Assembly: GCA_016713405.1 (NCBI GenBank)
Contig: JADJPF010000020.1
Coordinates: 616,862-680,861 of the forward strand
From: Blastocatellia bacterium
GTDB lineage: Bacteria; Acidobacteriota; Blastocatellia; Chloracidobacteriales; JADJPF01
Length of the DNA: 64,000 nucleotides
Direction: 5' to 3'
Part shown: one piece after another, positions 9,038 through 19,018 of the stretch
How positions within the stretch are numbered: the stretch's first letter is position 1
Layout: each line of letters starts with the position of its first letter
Notes under the pieces: model-generated
Database searches by the model: none
Seen by the model: only the letters and a program-made list of their open reading frames with translations
What the model was told of the DNA's origin: nothing
Program-made: the position numbers and the translations under genes

Positions 9038-11275
9038 CTAGGAAACAAAAAACTTATAAGTAGCTGAACGTATACCATTAATTTCTATTACTAGGGTATT
9101 TTCACCTTTTTTAAACTTAAATTTTTTCTCTTTACCCTTAAAAAATAATAAATCCTCTGTTAATTTTGCTGCGCGGTTAATAGAAACACCATTAATCAAT
9201 AATTTTACTTTTGTAGAAAGCCCTTCACCTATTACTTCTAAGCGGTTATCTAGAATTGAATAACGGGCAAAATCTATGCGTAAATTTGTGCCAATATTGA
9301 TGTTAGCATCACTTGTGTCAACTATTTGACTACTAGAATTTGTACGTACAACAATACGAAAAAGTGCTGTTGCGGTTATTTTTGTTGGAGTAAAATCAAA
9401 ACTTCGCAAGTTTGCAGCTAAATTGCTAGCAATGGTTTGGAATGTTTTTCCTTCATCTGTAGAAAGCATTAAATCTTGGTTTGTAGTCTTAGCAGCTAGG
9501 TCTTGAGATAAAATCCAGCGAATATTGATTGCTTGGTTTTGTGGTAAAACTTCACCTCCATTTGGAAAAGTTAAAAATAATCCATCAACTTTATCTGGAA
9601 CGCTAGCGAGACTACGAGCAAAACGATCAACATTAGGAGTCCCCCAACCTGTAGCTAGATCGTAACCTGGGCGTGCTTGATAGCCATCAAGTCCACCACC
9701 ACTATTATTTCCTACCGTAATATCATTGAAAAATAATGAACGTGGGCTAGCACTAGTTTCTTGTTGTTTACCTAGTTGGTAGATGCGATGGTTGGCATTA
9801 CCAAACCCATCTGTTTTAGAAAATTGATTAGTTAAAGCTAAAATCCCCGCCCAAACCGGAGCAGAAGCACTTGTTCCACCAATAACACGAGTAACACCAC
9901 TTTCAACAACAAAAAATCCTGGACGGCTAAAGTCGGCTAGTAATGAAACATCTGGCACAGTTCGACCTGTTTGAGTAATTCCGGCTAAAGTTTGAAAGTC
10001 TGGACGTGGAAACATTACACTTATTCCACCGCCGCTACCTTGCCAAACTTGTTCGTCTTGATAAGCTGTTACATTTCCATTTGCATCACTTTCAACCATT
10101 AAAGATGTGCCTCCAACCCCAACTATAAAAGGACTTGAGGCTAAACCATTAACTTGCAAACTTTGCCCATCACCACAATCATTTGCACCTCGATCACCTG
10201 AGGAAACAAAAACCGTCTGACCCTGAGCCGCAGCTTGTTTATAAAGATTGTTAAATATGGCGACAAATTGAGGAAATAAAAACTTTTCACAAGCTCCAAA
10301 GCTAATACTTAATATTTTCGTATCAGGTAAAACATTTAGAAAATAGGTTAAAGATTGATCAATCTCGCTATCTCTATCAGCAATAACAACTTGGATATCT
10401 GCTTTTGGTGCTGCCGCGCCTGATAATTGGGTGTCAAGCAAAACTTCTAAAGTTTCTATGCCTCCACGATCAATAATTTCTCCGCCAGCAGGGATTTTTA
10501 CAATGTTAACAGCAGGTAACTTAAATAAATCTCGATAAGTGTTAACATCTGACATATCAAAATCACTTCTAGCAATAATACCAATTTTTTGTCCTTGGCC
10601 TTCAATACCATTAGCAAAAAGAGGTTTGAAATTATAAGCAACGTGTAAATCCTGTGGGCCAATAGCAAAACGTCCGCGATCTATTACAGTAGGCAAAATA
10701 TCTTGGGGTTGTCTTTTAAGGCTTGGTTCTGTAAAAAGAAAACTATTTAACTTAACATCCATAATCTCTAAAGCTAAGTTAGAAGGTAAGTAGTTAGTTT
10801 GGGAGTTTGCATAATAAATTTGGTTATCTAATTCAAATAATTTTATTTGTGTTTGAAAAGCTTTTTGTAGCGTTGAGACGGAAGCTTGAAAATCTAGCCT
10901 TAAACGATTTGACCAGCTTTGAGTAACTTTAATATTTGAGCTTTCTAGCCAACTAATAGCCATTTGATAAACATCTTTTGAAACACCAAACTTTTCGCCA
11001 AATTGAGTAGGAGTAAGCCATTTTTGATAATTTTCGCTTGTAGGGTTTTGTTGTTCTCTTAAAAGCTCATCAAGTGTAGATTCATTTTTTAAGCGAAAAT
11101 ATAATGTACCACTAATAAGCATATTTGCTGGTGCAGCAGTTTTTAATCTTGCTTGAAGAGGAATAAAGGGTTTGCTAACAGGCTCTAAATTTTCTACTTG
11201 GGCTTTAGTTGTAGGAAAGATAATTGTTAAAAGGCAGAAAATACAAATTATTAGCAAGAAAACTTTTTTAGCCAT
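9038..11275 (-). CDS. secreted S53 (sedolisin/kumamolisin-type) serine peptidase with C-terminal extension
   Basis: Signal peptide. Pro-kumamolisin activation-domain-like NPTSENYQKWLTPTQFGEKFG. SSGDRGA and GGTSASAPVWAG catalytic-type motifs. About 190 extra C-terminal residues. Confidence 0.8.
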   Translation of the reverse strand: MAKKVFLLIICIFCLLTIIFPTTKAQVENLEPVSKPFIPLQARLKTAAPANMLISGTLYFRLKNESTLDELLREQQNPTSENYQKWLTPTQFGEKFGVSKDVYQMAISWLESSNIKVTQSWSNRLRLDFQASVSTLQKAFQTQIKLFELDNQIYYANSQTNYLPSNLALEIMDVKLNSFLFTEPSLKRQPQDILPTVIDRGRFAIGPQDLHVAYNFKPLFANGIEGQGQKIGIIARSDFDMSDVNTYRDLFKLPAVNIVKIPAGGEIIDRGGIETLEVLLDTQLSGAAAPKADIQVVIADRDSEIDQSLTYFLNVLPDTKILSISFGACEKFLFPQFVAIFNNLYKQAAAQGQTVFVSSGDRGANDCGDGQSLQVNGLASSPFIVGVGGTSLMVESDANGNVTAYQDEQVWQGSGGGISVMFPRPDFQTLAGITQTGRTVPDVSLLADFSRPGFFVVESGVTRVIGGTSASAPVWAGILALTNQFSKTDGFGNANHRIYQLGKQQETSASPRSLFFNDITVGNNSGGGLDGYQARPGYDLATGWGTPNVDRFARSLASVPDKVDGLFLTFPNGGEVLPQNQAINIRWILSQDLAAKTTNQDLMLSTDEGKTFQTIASNLAANLRSFDFTPTKITATALFRIVVRTNSSSQIVDTSDANINIGTNLRIDFARYSILDNRLEVIGEGLSTKVKLLINGVSINRAAKLTEDLLFFKGKEKKFKFKKGENTLVIEINGIRSATYKFFVS

Positions 11276-11411
11276 AAATAACCTACTCTCAACAATTTAT
11301 TTTGATAAATTTATATTATTTGTTATTAACTCTTTTATTTTCTGTAAAAAACCGTGATAGAATTTTAATCATTTTTTAATTATTCAAACAAGGGGATAAA
11401 CTAGCTAAATT

Positions 11412-12469
11412 ATGGACTCACCACAATCAAAAACCAAGACTAAAACACCTAATAAATCAACTAGTGAAGCTAACAATAACGATAGACAATCGGATATTAA
11501 AAAAATCTATGATATTGCTACAGGGTTTTGGGCTTCTGGCGCACTTATTGCCGCAATTAAACTTGGAGTCTTTACTAGGCTAGAAAATAACCCTGCTACA
11601 AGTGATTATTTAGCACGTAAACTTGGCTTAAATCGCCGTTGGACAGAAAAACTTTTAACTGCTTGTGCTGCTATGGGAATGTTAGAAAAAAGCGATAAAT
11701 ATTTCAGCAACTCCCCCACCGCATCACAATATCTAGTTGAATATAAACCACATTACCAAGGTCATTTCCTGCTGCATTTAGGATCATTATGGGAAAGATT
11801 TGGTTCTTTAGCCAGTACAGTCCAAACTGGTATGCGAAATGATAGTCAAACAACAGAACGAACAGATCAAGAAACTAGTAGAGCCTGGATTCTTAGCTCA
11901 CATAGTGTTGCAATGAGTGGTCAGGCAGAAGCTTTAGCTAAAATGCTGGATTTAAGCGATAGTCAGCATTTATGTGATGTTGGAGGAGGCCCGGAACCTA
12001 TGCAGCAGTTCTTTGTTTACGTAATCCAAATTTACAGGCCACTGTTTTAGATGATCCAGAAGTAGTTCCTTATGCTGAGGAAATTATTGCTCGCTCTGGC
12101 CTAAAAGAGCGTGTTAGCGTTAAACCAGCACAAGTTCCTTTTCATACCTATGATCAAGACTATGACGTAATGTTGATTTCTGGTGTTTTGCATGGTTTTT
12201 CTGAAGCTACTTGTAAAAAAATGTTACGTAAAGCCTATAAAGCTATGTCTTCAAATGGTTTAATTGTAATTCAAGAAATGCTCTTAGATGATGAAGACGC
12301 TCAACCCTTGTTACCAGCACTATTTAGCTTAAATATGACTATGGGAGAAAGTTACACGGCTGCACAAATTATGTCTTGGCTTTATGATGCAGGGTTTGTT
12401 AAAGCGGAAGTAAAAGAAATTCCTGATGGTTCTTGGATGGATCATGTAATTATGGCTGTAAAAGCCTAA
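11412..12469 (+). pseudogene. O-methyltransferase (dimerisation domain + Methyltransf_2 type), one frameshift
   Basis: ORFs 11412-12050 and 12170-12469 join through frame 2: ..CDVGGG|PGTYAAVLCLRNPNLQATVLDDPEVVPYAEE..DYDVMLISGVLHGF. The lesion is at C-run 11990-11992. Confidence 0.75.
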
Positions 12470-12486
12470 AAAACTTATATTTAACT

Positions 12487-12519
12487 TAAAAATAGCCTAG
12501 TGACTGCTAGGCTATTTTT
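12487..12519. terminator. bidirectional intrinsic terminator between convergent genes
   Basis: 9-bp stem atagcctag/ctaggctat with a 6-nt loop, flanked by an A-run and a T-run. Confidence 0.6.
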
Positions 12520-13587
12520 TTATTTGGCTGCAACTTTAGGTGCTGCATCAACAAATACATCTACTTGTTGACCAACATAAACAGGAAATGAAGGTGGTGA
12601 AAACCTGTAAATTACTTGTAAAACCCGAATATCTACACGCTCAGTATTATCACCAGTTAAACTTTTCTTTGGCAAAATATAAGGGTCTATTCTGACAAAT
12701 TCTAAGGGAATTTTTTTATTTGAATCTCCTTTTAGATGTGCAACTGCTTGGCTACCAGAAGAAAATTTAACAGCATTGACCTCATCTATATCTACTCTAA
12801 CCTGTAAAAGGTCTGTTTCTCCAAGCAACATTGAAGCTTGATTTGGGTTAGCTGTAATCATTTCTCCAACACGAATATTAAGTTGTAGGACTCGTCCAGT
12901 TTGCGGTGCAGTAACTGTTAATCTTTCTAAATTAACTAAAAGTTCTGCTCTTTGTGCTTTTAAGACACTTAAATTGGCTTCAGATTCTTTTATTCTAGCT
13001 TTTGCACTGTTAAGCAAGGCATCTGCTTGTTGAAATTGTGCCTCGGCTTGACTTACGCGAGCTTTTGCAGCATCACGAGCCTTAAGGCTAGTGTTATAAG
13101 TTAAAAAAGGAATTACACCAGTCTGATAAAGTTTTTCATTGCTGATTAAAACTTGTTCATTATCTTCTAGTAGTGCTTTTAATTGAGAAATATTAGCATC
13201 AGCACTTTGTTTAGCTGCTTCTTGAGTAGCAATATCAGCTTGTGCTGTAGCTAAAGTTGCTTCAGCACGGGCAATATTAGCCTCGGCACTAACAATTTTA
13301 GATCGTTGTTCCCGATCATCTATCAAAAAAAGTTTATCACCTGTTTTTACCAAATCGTTTTCTTTAACAAATATTTGTATAACTTGACCCGCTATAGGAG
13401 GGTTAATTTGAATATTTCGCCCTGCTGCTTCAATAATTCCGGCTCCAGCAATGGTTTGATCATAAGTATTTTGGGCAGGTTCATTAAGAGGTGGGGCAAC
13501 AGGTGTTGGACGAGCAGAGACTTTTACCCAATAGATCGCAAAACTTATTCCAATTAATGCTAATAAAATACTGGCATACTTTCTCAT
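12520..13587 (-). CDS. HlyD-family membrane fusion (periplasmic adaptor) protein
   Basis: N-terminal TM helix, long Ala/Gln-rich coiled coil, beta-rich C-terminus. Last gene of the TetR-permease-ATPase-MFP run. Confidence 0.8.
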   Translation of the reverse strand: MRKYASILLALIGISFAIYWVKVSARPTPVAPPLNEPAQNTYDQTIAGAGIIEAAGRNIQINPPIAGQVIQIFVKENDLVKTGDKLFLIDDREQRSKIVSAEANIARAEATLATAQADIATQEAAKQSADANISQLKALLEDNEQVLISNEKLYQTGVIPFLTYNTSLKARDAAKARVSQAEAQFQQADALLNSAKARIKESEANLSVLKAQRAELLVNLERLTVTAPQTGRVLQLNIRVGEMITANPNQASMLLGETDLLQVRVDIDEVNAVKFSSGSQAVAHLKGDSNKKIPLEFVRIDPYILPKKSLTGDNTERVDIRVLQVIYRFSPPSFPVYVGQQVDVFVDAAPKVAAK

Positions 13588-13606
13588 ACTTTCTAATCCC
13601 TCTATA

Positions 13607-14353
13607 TTATTGATGTACTAAATTGTTATCGTTATTTTGGTTAGTATGAACGGCTATAATTTCCCCATCTAGCATTTCTGCTATTCGGTCGCCATAAGAA
13701 AAAATACGGTTATCATGTGTTACAACAATAATTGCTCGATCTTTGCTAAGAGCAGTACGTCTAAACATTTCCATTACTAATTTTCCTGTATCTCCATCCA
13801 AGCTAGCTGTAGGTTCATCACAGACAATAAGCCTAGGTTCAGATACTAAAGCACGAGCAATAGCGACACGTTGTTGTTGACCGCCTGAAAGTTGTGTAGG
13901 AAAAAATTCTGTTCTTTCGCCTAACCCTACTAAAGATAAAAACTCTCGCCCTTTTTTTACAGCCTTTGCATAAGGAGTTTTGGCAATTAGTAAGGGAACA
14001 GCAACATTTTCCGCGGCTGTTAAAGTTGGAATTAAGTTAAATTGCTGAAAAATAAAGCCTATATACTGGCGGCGAAAACTAGTTTTTTGAGATTGGCTTA
14101 ATTTATCTACTCTTACACCAAAAACATCAACTACCCCATCATCATTATCTAATATTCCAGCCATTACACTTAGTAAGGTAGTTTTACCGCATCCAGACGG
14201 CCCAACTAGCAAAAGTAGCTCACCACAAGAAACTTGTAAATCTACTGTTTTTAATGCTTTAACCTGAGTATCTCCAACGCCAAAAGTTTTAGACACTTTA
14301 GTTAAAGACACTGCTATATCATAATTTGTTAATTGATTATCTTGTATTTTCAT
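13607..14353 (-). CDS. ABC transporter ATP-binding protein (MacB/LolD/DevA-like)
   Basis: Walker A GPSGCGKTT, signature LSGGQQQRVAIARAL, Walker B LIVCDEPT, H-loop VVTHD. Confidence 0.9.
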   Translation of the reverse strand: MKIQDNQLTNYDIAVSLTKVSKTFGVGDTQVKALKTVDLQVSCGELLLLVGPSGCGKTTLLSVMAGILDNDDGVVDVFGVRVDKLSQSQKTSFRRQYIGFIFQQFNLIPTLTAAENVAVPLLIAKTPYAKAVKKGREFLSLVGLGERTEFFPTQLSGGQQQRVAIARALVSEPRLIVCDEPTASLDGDTGKLVMEMFRRTALSKDRAIIVVTHDNRIFSYGDRIAEMLDGEIIAVHTNQNNDNNLVHQ

Positions 14354-14358
14354 AATTA

Positions 14359-15480
14359 TTAACTTCGGAAAACTACGGCAGGTTCTAATTGTAAGACTCG
14401 TTTAATACTAATTAAACTAGACACCATACATATTACTATTGTTATAACAAAACTAATTAAAAGTAGTTGATAGGGAGTAAAAAATGCTAGTCGGCCAGTT
14501 TGATTTACCCAACCAATAAGGCAGCCTGCTCCTGAACCAATACTATAGCCAATTATTCCTACTGTTAAACTTTGAAGTAAAATCATTTTAACTAATGTAA
14601 AACTACTAGTTCCCATCGCTTTAAGCGCGCCAAAATAACGCTCGTTTTGCAGAGCAAAAGCATAAAATGTTTGTCCCGCAATAGCCATTCCAACAAGAAA
14701 AACTAGGGTTAAAGAAATACCGATATTAATTGGAATACCAGTATTTTTCATATAGTAGCCAATAGTAAGCCACTGCATATCTGCTTTAGTATAAGCAGCT
14801 AAACCTGTAGATTTTTTAATAGTTTCTACAAGTTCTTTTGGGTCTAAAGAGTCTTGAGCTTGGACTAAAATAAAATTAAGTTGTTTACGTTGACGGGGTG
14901 AATATTGTAATGCACGGTCATAAGTAGTGTAAACATAAGGGTTAGACAAAAAATCTCTTGGAACATCAGCAATTCCAACTACACGAGCAAGACGGTCATT
15001 AATTTCAAAAGTATCCCCAATTTTAGGACTATTTAAGCGTTCTGATTCTGCTTTTCCAATAATTACAGAATCAGGAGAATTAAGCGCAGATGTGTCGCCT
15101 TCAAGCATTTTGCCGGGACGACCTGCTAAACTAGCATTATCTAAACCAAAAAGTCTTACAGTTTGAAACTTACCAGTTTTTAACCTTACCTGTGTTTGTC
15201 TCATAAATAGAGGAACTGCCCATTTTACACCTGGCACACTTCGCACACGTGTTAAATCGGTGTCTAGTAATGGTTTAGACTCATCAATAGATTGTAGTGT
15301 AGGATCTGCTACCCAAATTTGCGCTCCAACAGTTTCTATAGGTTTGGCAGTACGAAGCATTAATCCACAGAAAACAGAGCCTTGTTGAATAAATAACAAT
15401 GAAACAAAGGCTAATCCACTAACTAAAGTAATGTACTTAGCGCGATCACCAATAAGCATTTGTAAGGCAATACGTAACAT
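14359..15480 (-). CDS. FtsX/MacB-type ABC permease, single unit (DevC-like)
   Basis: N-terminal TM helix, a periplasmic domain of about 230 aa, and three C-terminal TM helices. Adjacent to the ATPase and MFP genes. Confidence 0.75.
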   Translation of the reverse strand: MLRIALQMLIGDRAKYITLVSGLAFVSLLFIQQGSVFCGLMLRTAKPIETVGAQIWVADPTLQSIDESKPLLDTDLTRVRSVPGVKWAVPLFMRQTQVRLKTGKFQTVRLFGLDNASLAGRPGKMLEGDTSALNSPDSVIIGKAESERLNSPKIGDTFEINDRLARVVGIADVPRDFLSNPYVYTTYDRALQYSPRQRKQLNFILVQAQDSLDPKELVETIKKSTGLAAYTKADMQWLTIGYYMKNTGIPINIGISLTLVFLVGMAIAGQTFYAFALQNERYFGALKAMGTSSFTLVKMILLQSLTVGIIGYSIGSGAGCLIGWVNQTGRLAFFTPYQLLLISFVITIVICMVSSLISIKRVLQLEPAVVFRS

Positions 15481-15482
15481 AT

Positions 15483-16157
15483 TTAGACCTCTATTTGATT
15501 TACACCTTTTAATGCTGTTAGGGAAAACTCAGCAATATGTTTAGCAATACGACTAATTAAGTCGGGAGACATTTCTTTTTGATTAAGCACTTTTAAGATA
15601 ATTGGTAGGGCAAAATGATAATGCAAACATTGAGAAACAATACTAAGAGTATAAAGCGGTAACTTATCAGAATTTGCTAAAGCAGGTTGAAATTGGGCAA
15701 TTAATCTAGATAAAGCTCTATTTTTAGGCAAAATAAATTCCTGCACAATAACATCTAAAGCTGGTGTAGGATCGCTAATTTCTCTGCTCATTAAACAAGC
15801 GTGCCGACGTGCTTGGTCAGAGGAAAGAATTAAGAGCAGAAATTCTTCAATATATTTAGTAATAGCTATTTCGGCAGCTTCTTTTGTATTAATGACTTCA
15901 GCTTTTTTAATTATTTTTTGAAATTCTGGAGAACTTACACCGGTTTGTTGAAAAGCATAACGCAGAGTTTCTAGGTAAAGATTTTCTTTACTACCAAAAT
16001 AATAATTTACCGCAGCAACATTAACTTCTGCTTCCCGTGCTAAGTCTCGAATGCTTGTTGCAGCTAAACCACGCTCGGCAAAAAGCTTTTCTGCAACTGC
16101 TAGTAGCCGTTCTTTGGTTCCTAATTCTTCCTGATTTTCTACTAAATTATTTGCCAT
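15483..16157 (-). CDS. TetR/AcrR-family transcriptional regulator
   Basis: N-terminal HTH: ERLLAVAEKLFAERGLAATSIRDLAREAEVNVAAVNYYFGSKENLY. Confidence 0.85.
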   Translation of the reverse strand: MANNLVENQEELGTKERLLAVAEKLFAERGLAATSIRDLAREAEVNVAAVNYYFGSKENLYLETLRYAFQQTGVSSPEFQKIIKKAEVINTKEAAEIAITKYIEEFLLLILSSDQARRHACLMSREISDPTPALDVIVQEFILPKNRALSRLIAQFQPALANSDKLPLYTLSIVSQCLHYHFALPIILKVLNQKEMSPDLISRIAKHIAEFSLTALKGVNQIEV

Positions 16158-16185
16158 TTTTATAATTTAAAACAGATGATTAAAA

Positions 16186-16195
16186 CAAACGTTTG
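16186..16195. promoter_or_regulatory. candidate TetR operator core
   Basis: Perfect 10-bp palindrome caaacgtttg, 29 nt upstream of the TetR start codon. Confidence 0.3.
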
Positions 16196-16275
16196 ATTTT
16201 CTTAAAGTAAATGGCAATGGCAAAAAGGTCAATTAAATTTTGCTAAAACTTGGATAATTTTTAAGACAGAAAATT

Positions 16276-16527
16276 TTATAGTTGAAGTATTGGAATAGAG
16301 AACTGACGGGCTTGGGTAAAAATACTTTCTACTTCAGTTGCTTTTAATTTGCGGGAAATCACAACTAAAGCATTATTTTTTGCTTTGGAAAAATCATAAG
16401 TATTAAGTTCACTAGGCTTTTTACTAGTAAAATTTACTATGCCACATTTTATTAAGAGACACTTTAAGCTAATAAGCTCTATGTCCTCGCCGCTACCAAA
16501 AATTACTATTGATAAATTTTTTCTCAT
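16276..16527 (-). CDS. hypothetical protein
   Basis: ORF only. ATG 16527 (MRKNLSIVIFGSGED..) seems a more plausible start than the TTG at 16560. No motif recognised. Confidence 0.3.
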   Translation of the reverse strand: MRKNLSIVIFGSGEDIELISLKCLLIKCGIVNFTSKKPSELNTYDFSKAKNNALVVISRKLKATEVESIFTQARQFSIPILQL

Positions 16528-16626
16528 AAGATTACCTAGCAAATTTATTAAAACTAGCAAAAAGCTACATTTAAGGATAAGTCCTGCCTAAGCTCAATGT
16601 AGTTTTTGCTAGCATTTTGTAAAAAT

Positions 16627-16806
16627 TTAAGGTGTCTTAAAGTTGCTTATTTCAATGACTCTTGCGCTTATTACACCATTTTCTGCACAAATTATGCGAC
16701 GCTCAGAAGGAAACCAAATGTCTAGTTTATCCTTTACGTAGCGGACAATCTTTACAGTATTTACCAGCTTTTTTGTATTTTTTACAGCATTTTTCTTATA
16801 GTGCAT
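16627..16806 (-). CDS. unlisted small ORF (59 aa), hypothetical
   Basis: ATG 16806 is preceded by GAAGGA. Translates MHYKKNAVKNTKKLVNTVKIVRYVKDKLDIWFPSERRIICAENGVISARVIEISNFKTP with a TAA stop. It falls just below the ORF-track cutoff. Confidence 0.3.
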   Translation of the reverse strand: MHYKKNAVKNTKKLVNTVKIVRYVKDKLDIWFPSERRIICAENGVISARVIEISNFKTP

Positions 16807-17015
16807 AACTTATCCTTCTTTTAGTAAATTAGAAATTAGACTCATAGTTTTAACCTAATAAAAATACTATTTTGTTAATGTTAATTTTGAAAATCAATGT
16901 CAATTTCATTTTTCTAAAAATACTAAATCTTCTAGAAATATGTCAAGGTAAGTTAGGAAAGGTTTTGGCAAGTTTTCTAAAAATTTTTAACTGTTGTGGT
17001 AAGTGCTAAATTTAT

Positions 17016-17869
17016 CTATAAGTTATGGGCAGTATTTTTAGTATATTGGTAAAAAGTGTTTGCTAGCAGAGCAAATTCCTTAGAACTAAGAGTTTCAGCG
17101 CGTCTTGTTAAAACAATATTGGCTTGCTCAAGAATAATTGGTATTTGAGAAGGTTCTAGCTTTGAATCAATAGTTTTGTAGTTGGATTTTAGGCTGTTTA
17201 AGATGGTTTTGCGACGTTCAGAAAAAGCAGCACAAACAACTTTTACAAATAAATTTCGGTCTAAAACCTCAACTAAAGGTTGTGGATAGACTTTTAATTG
17301 TAAAATGGCTGATTCTACTTTAGGAATAGGGCGAAATGAGCCAGCTTTTACAGGAAATAAAACCCTTGTATCAGCATAAAGTTGGGAAATTACAGATAAA
17401 ATTCCATAATCTTTTCCTCCAGCCGTGCTAGCAATTCGTTCTGCTACTTCTCTTTGAAGCATTAAAGTCATATCTCGAATTAAATCACTAGCTGATAATA
17501 ATCTAGTTAATATTGCTGTAGAAATATAGTAAGGAAGGTTAGCTACAATGCGAACTTTCTTTTTAACTCAGGGTGCAAATTTAATTGGCTATGAATTAAC
17601 TGTTCTAAGTCTAAATCTAAGGCATCGGCTAAGATTAGCTCTAAATTATTTTGGGGAAGAGTTATTTTTAGTTCTTGAAGAAGTTCGCTATCTATTTCAA
17701 TTGCAACAACTTTGCCCGCTTTTTCAAGTAAAGCTTCGGTCAAAATACCATGACCTGGGCCAATTTCTATTATTAATTCATCTGATGTTGGCGCAACATG
17801 TCCGACAATTCGGGCAATAATGTTTTGATCAACAAGAAAATTTTGTCCAAGGCTTTTTTTTGCTTTCAA
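17016..17869 (-). pseudogene. rsmA: 16S rRNA (adenine1518/1519-N6)-dimethyltransferase RsmA/KsgA, one frameshift
   Basis: KSLGQNFLVD and EIGPGHGILT lie in 17543-17869. The bridging frame gives VANLPYYISTAILTRLL and runs into 17016-17471. Adding one base to the T5 run 17560-17564 restores the frame. Confidence 0.85.
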
Positions 17870-17875
17870 TGTAGT

Positions 17876-19015
17876 TTAATTTTCCACCTGAGTTTTAGGA
17901 TAGCCAGTAATTTCAATATCTTTGTTATGTTGGATGATTTCAACGTTTTCTAGCTCTACGGCTTCATCTAGGCTTTCAAAGCCAGTTGCGCCCATTGCTA
18001 CAGTTGCATTTTGTCCACCAACTAATTTAGGAGCAATAAAAAATGAGGCTTTATCAAACAAATGATTTTCTAAAAACTGTCCTGTGATGCTTGAGCCGCC
18101 TTCAACAATTAAGCTTGTAATTTGACGGCGTGCTAGTTCATTAAGTAGTGCAGGAAGCGACACATAGCCGCTTATTCCTGCTTCAAAAATTATTTGAACT
18201 CCAAGATCTTCATATTGTTTAACACGCTGCATTAAAGCTTCTTTGCTTCCAAGATTATTAATAGCTGATTGCTCATCAGCAAAAATAACTACAGGATATA
18301 GCGTGGTAGTAGTAAACATTTTTGCTGTAAGTGGAGTGTTTAGACTACCATCAACAATAATTCTAAATAATGCGCGATGTCGTTTAGCTTCAATTCTTAG
18401 GGTTAGTTCTGGATCATCAGCAATAACAGTTCCAGCACCTACTAAAATAGCATCATATTCTGCTCGGAGTTTTTGAGATGCTAGGCGAGAGGCTTCGCCC
18501 GTTATCCATTGGGATTTGCCAGAGTAAGTAGCAATTTTACCACCTAGGGTCATAGCTGTTTTTAGCAAAACAAAAGGGCGTTTTTTAGTAACAAAAGTAA
18601 CAAATTTTTCATTAAGCTTTTGAGCTTCTTTTTCACATAGTCCAACTTGAACTTCTACACCATTTACTTGAAGCGCGTGAAAACCTCCACCAGCTACCAA
18701 AGGATTAGGGTCTGTCATTGCAGCAACTACACGACTTACACCGCTTCTTAAAATTAAATCTGTACAAGGGGGAGTTCGTCCATGATGGCAACAAGGCTCA
18801 AGATTTACAAAAAGTGTCGCATTTTGGGCAAGACTTCCAGCTTCTCTTAAAGCGTGTACCTCGGCATGGTCAAAACTGCTATAGCGATGATAGCCACGTC
18901 CAAGAACTACATCGCTTTTTACTACCAAAGCACCAACCATTGGATTAGGGCTAACTTGACCTTGACCCTTAGCGGCAAGTTTTAAGACTTCCTGCATCCA
19001 TTTAAGATCATTCAT
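17876..19015 (-). CDS. ribD: bifunctional riboflavin biosynthesis protein RibD (deaminase/reductase)
   Basis: Deaminase zinc motifs HAEVHALREAG and PCCHHGRTPPC, followed by a reductase domain. Confidence 0.9.
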   Translation of the reverse strand: MNDLKWMQEVLKLAAKGQGQVSPNPMVGALVVKSDVVLGRGYHRYSSFDHAEVHALREAGSLAQNATLFVNLEPCCHHGRTPPCTDLILRSGVSRVVAAMTDPNPLVAGGGFHALQVNGVEVQVGLCEKEAQKLNEKFVTFVTKKRPFVLLKTAMTLGGKIATYSGKSQWITGEASRLASQKLRAEYDAILVGAGTVIADDPELTLRIEAKRHRALFRIIVDGSLNTPLTAKMFTTTTLYPVVIFADEQSAINNLGSKEALMQRVKQYEDLGVQIIFEAGISGYVSLPALLNELARRQITSLIVEGGSSITGQFLENHLFDKASFFIAPKLVGGQNATVAMGATGFESLDEAVELENVEIIQHNKDIEITGYPKTQVEN

Positions 19016-19018
19016 AAT

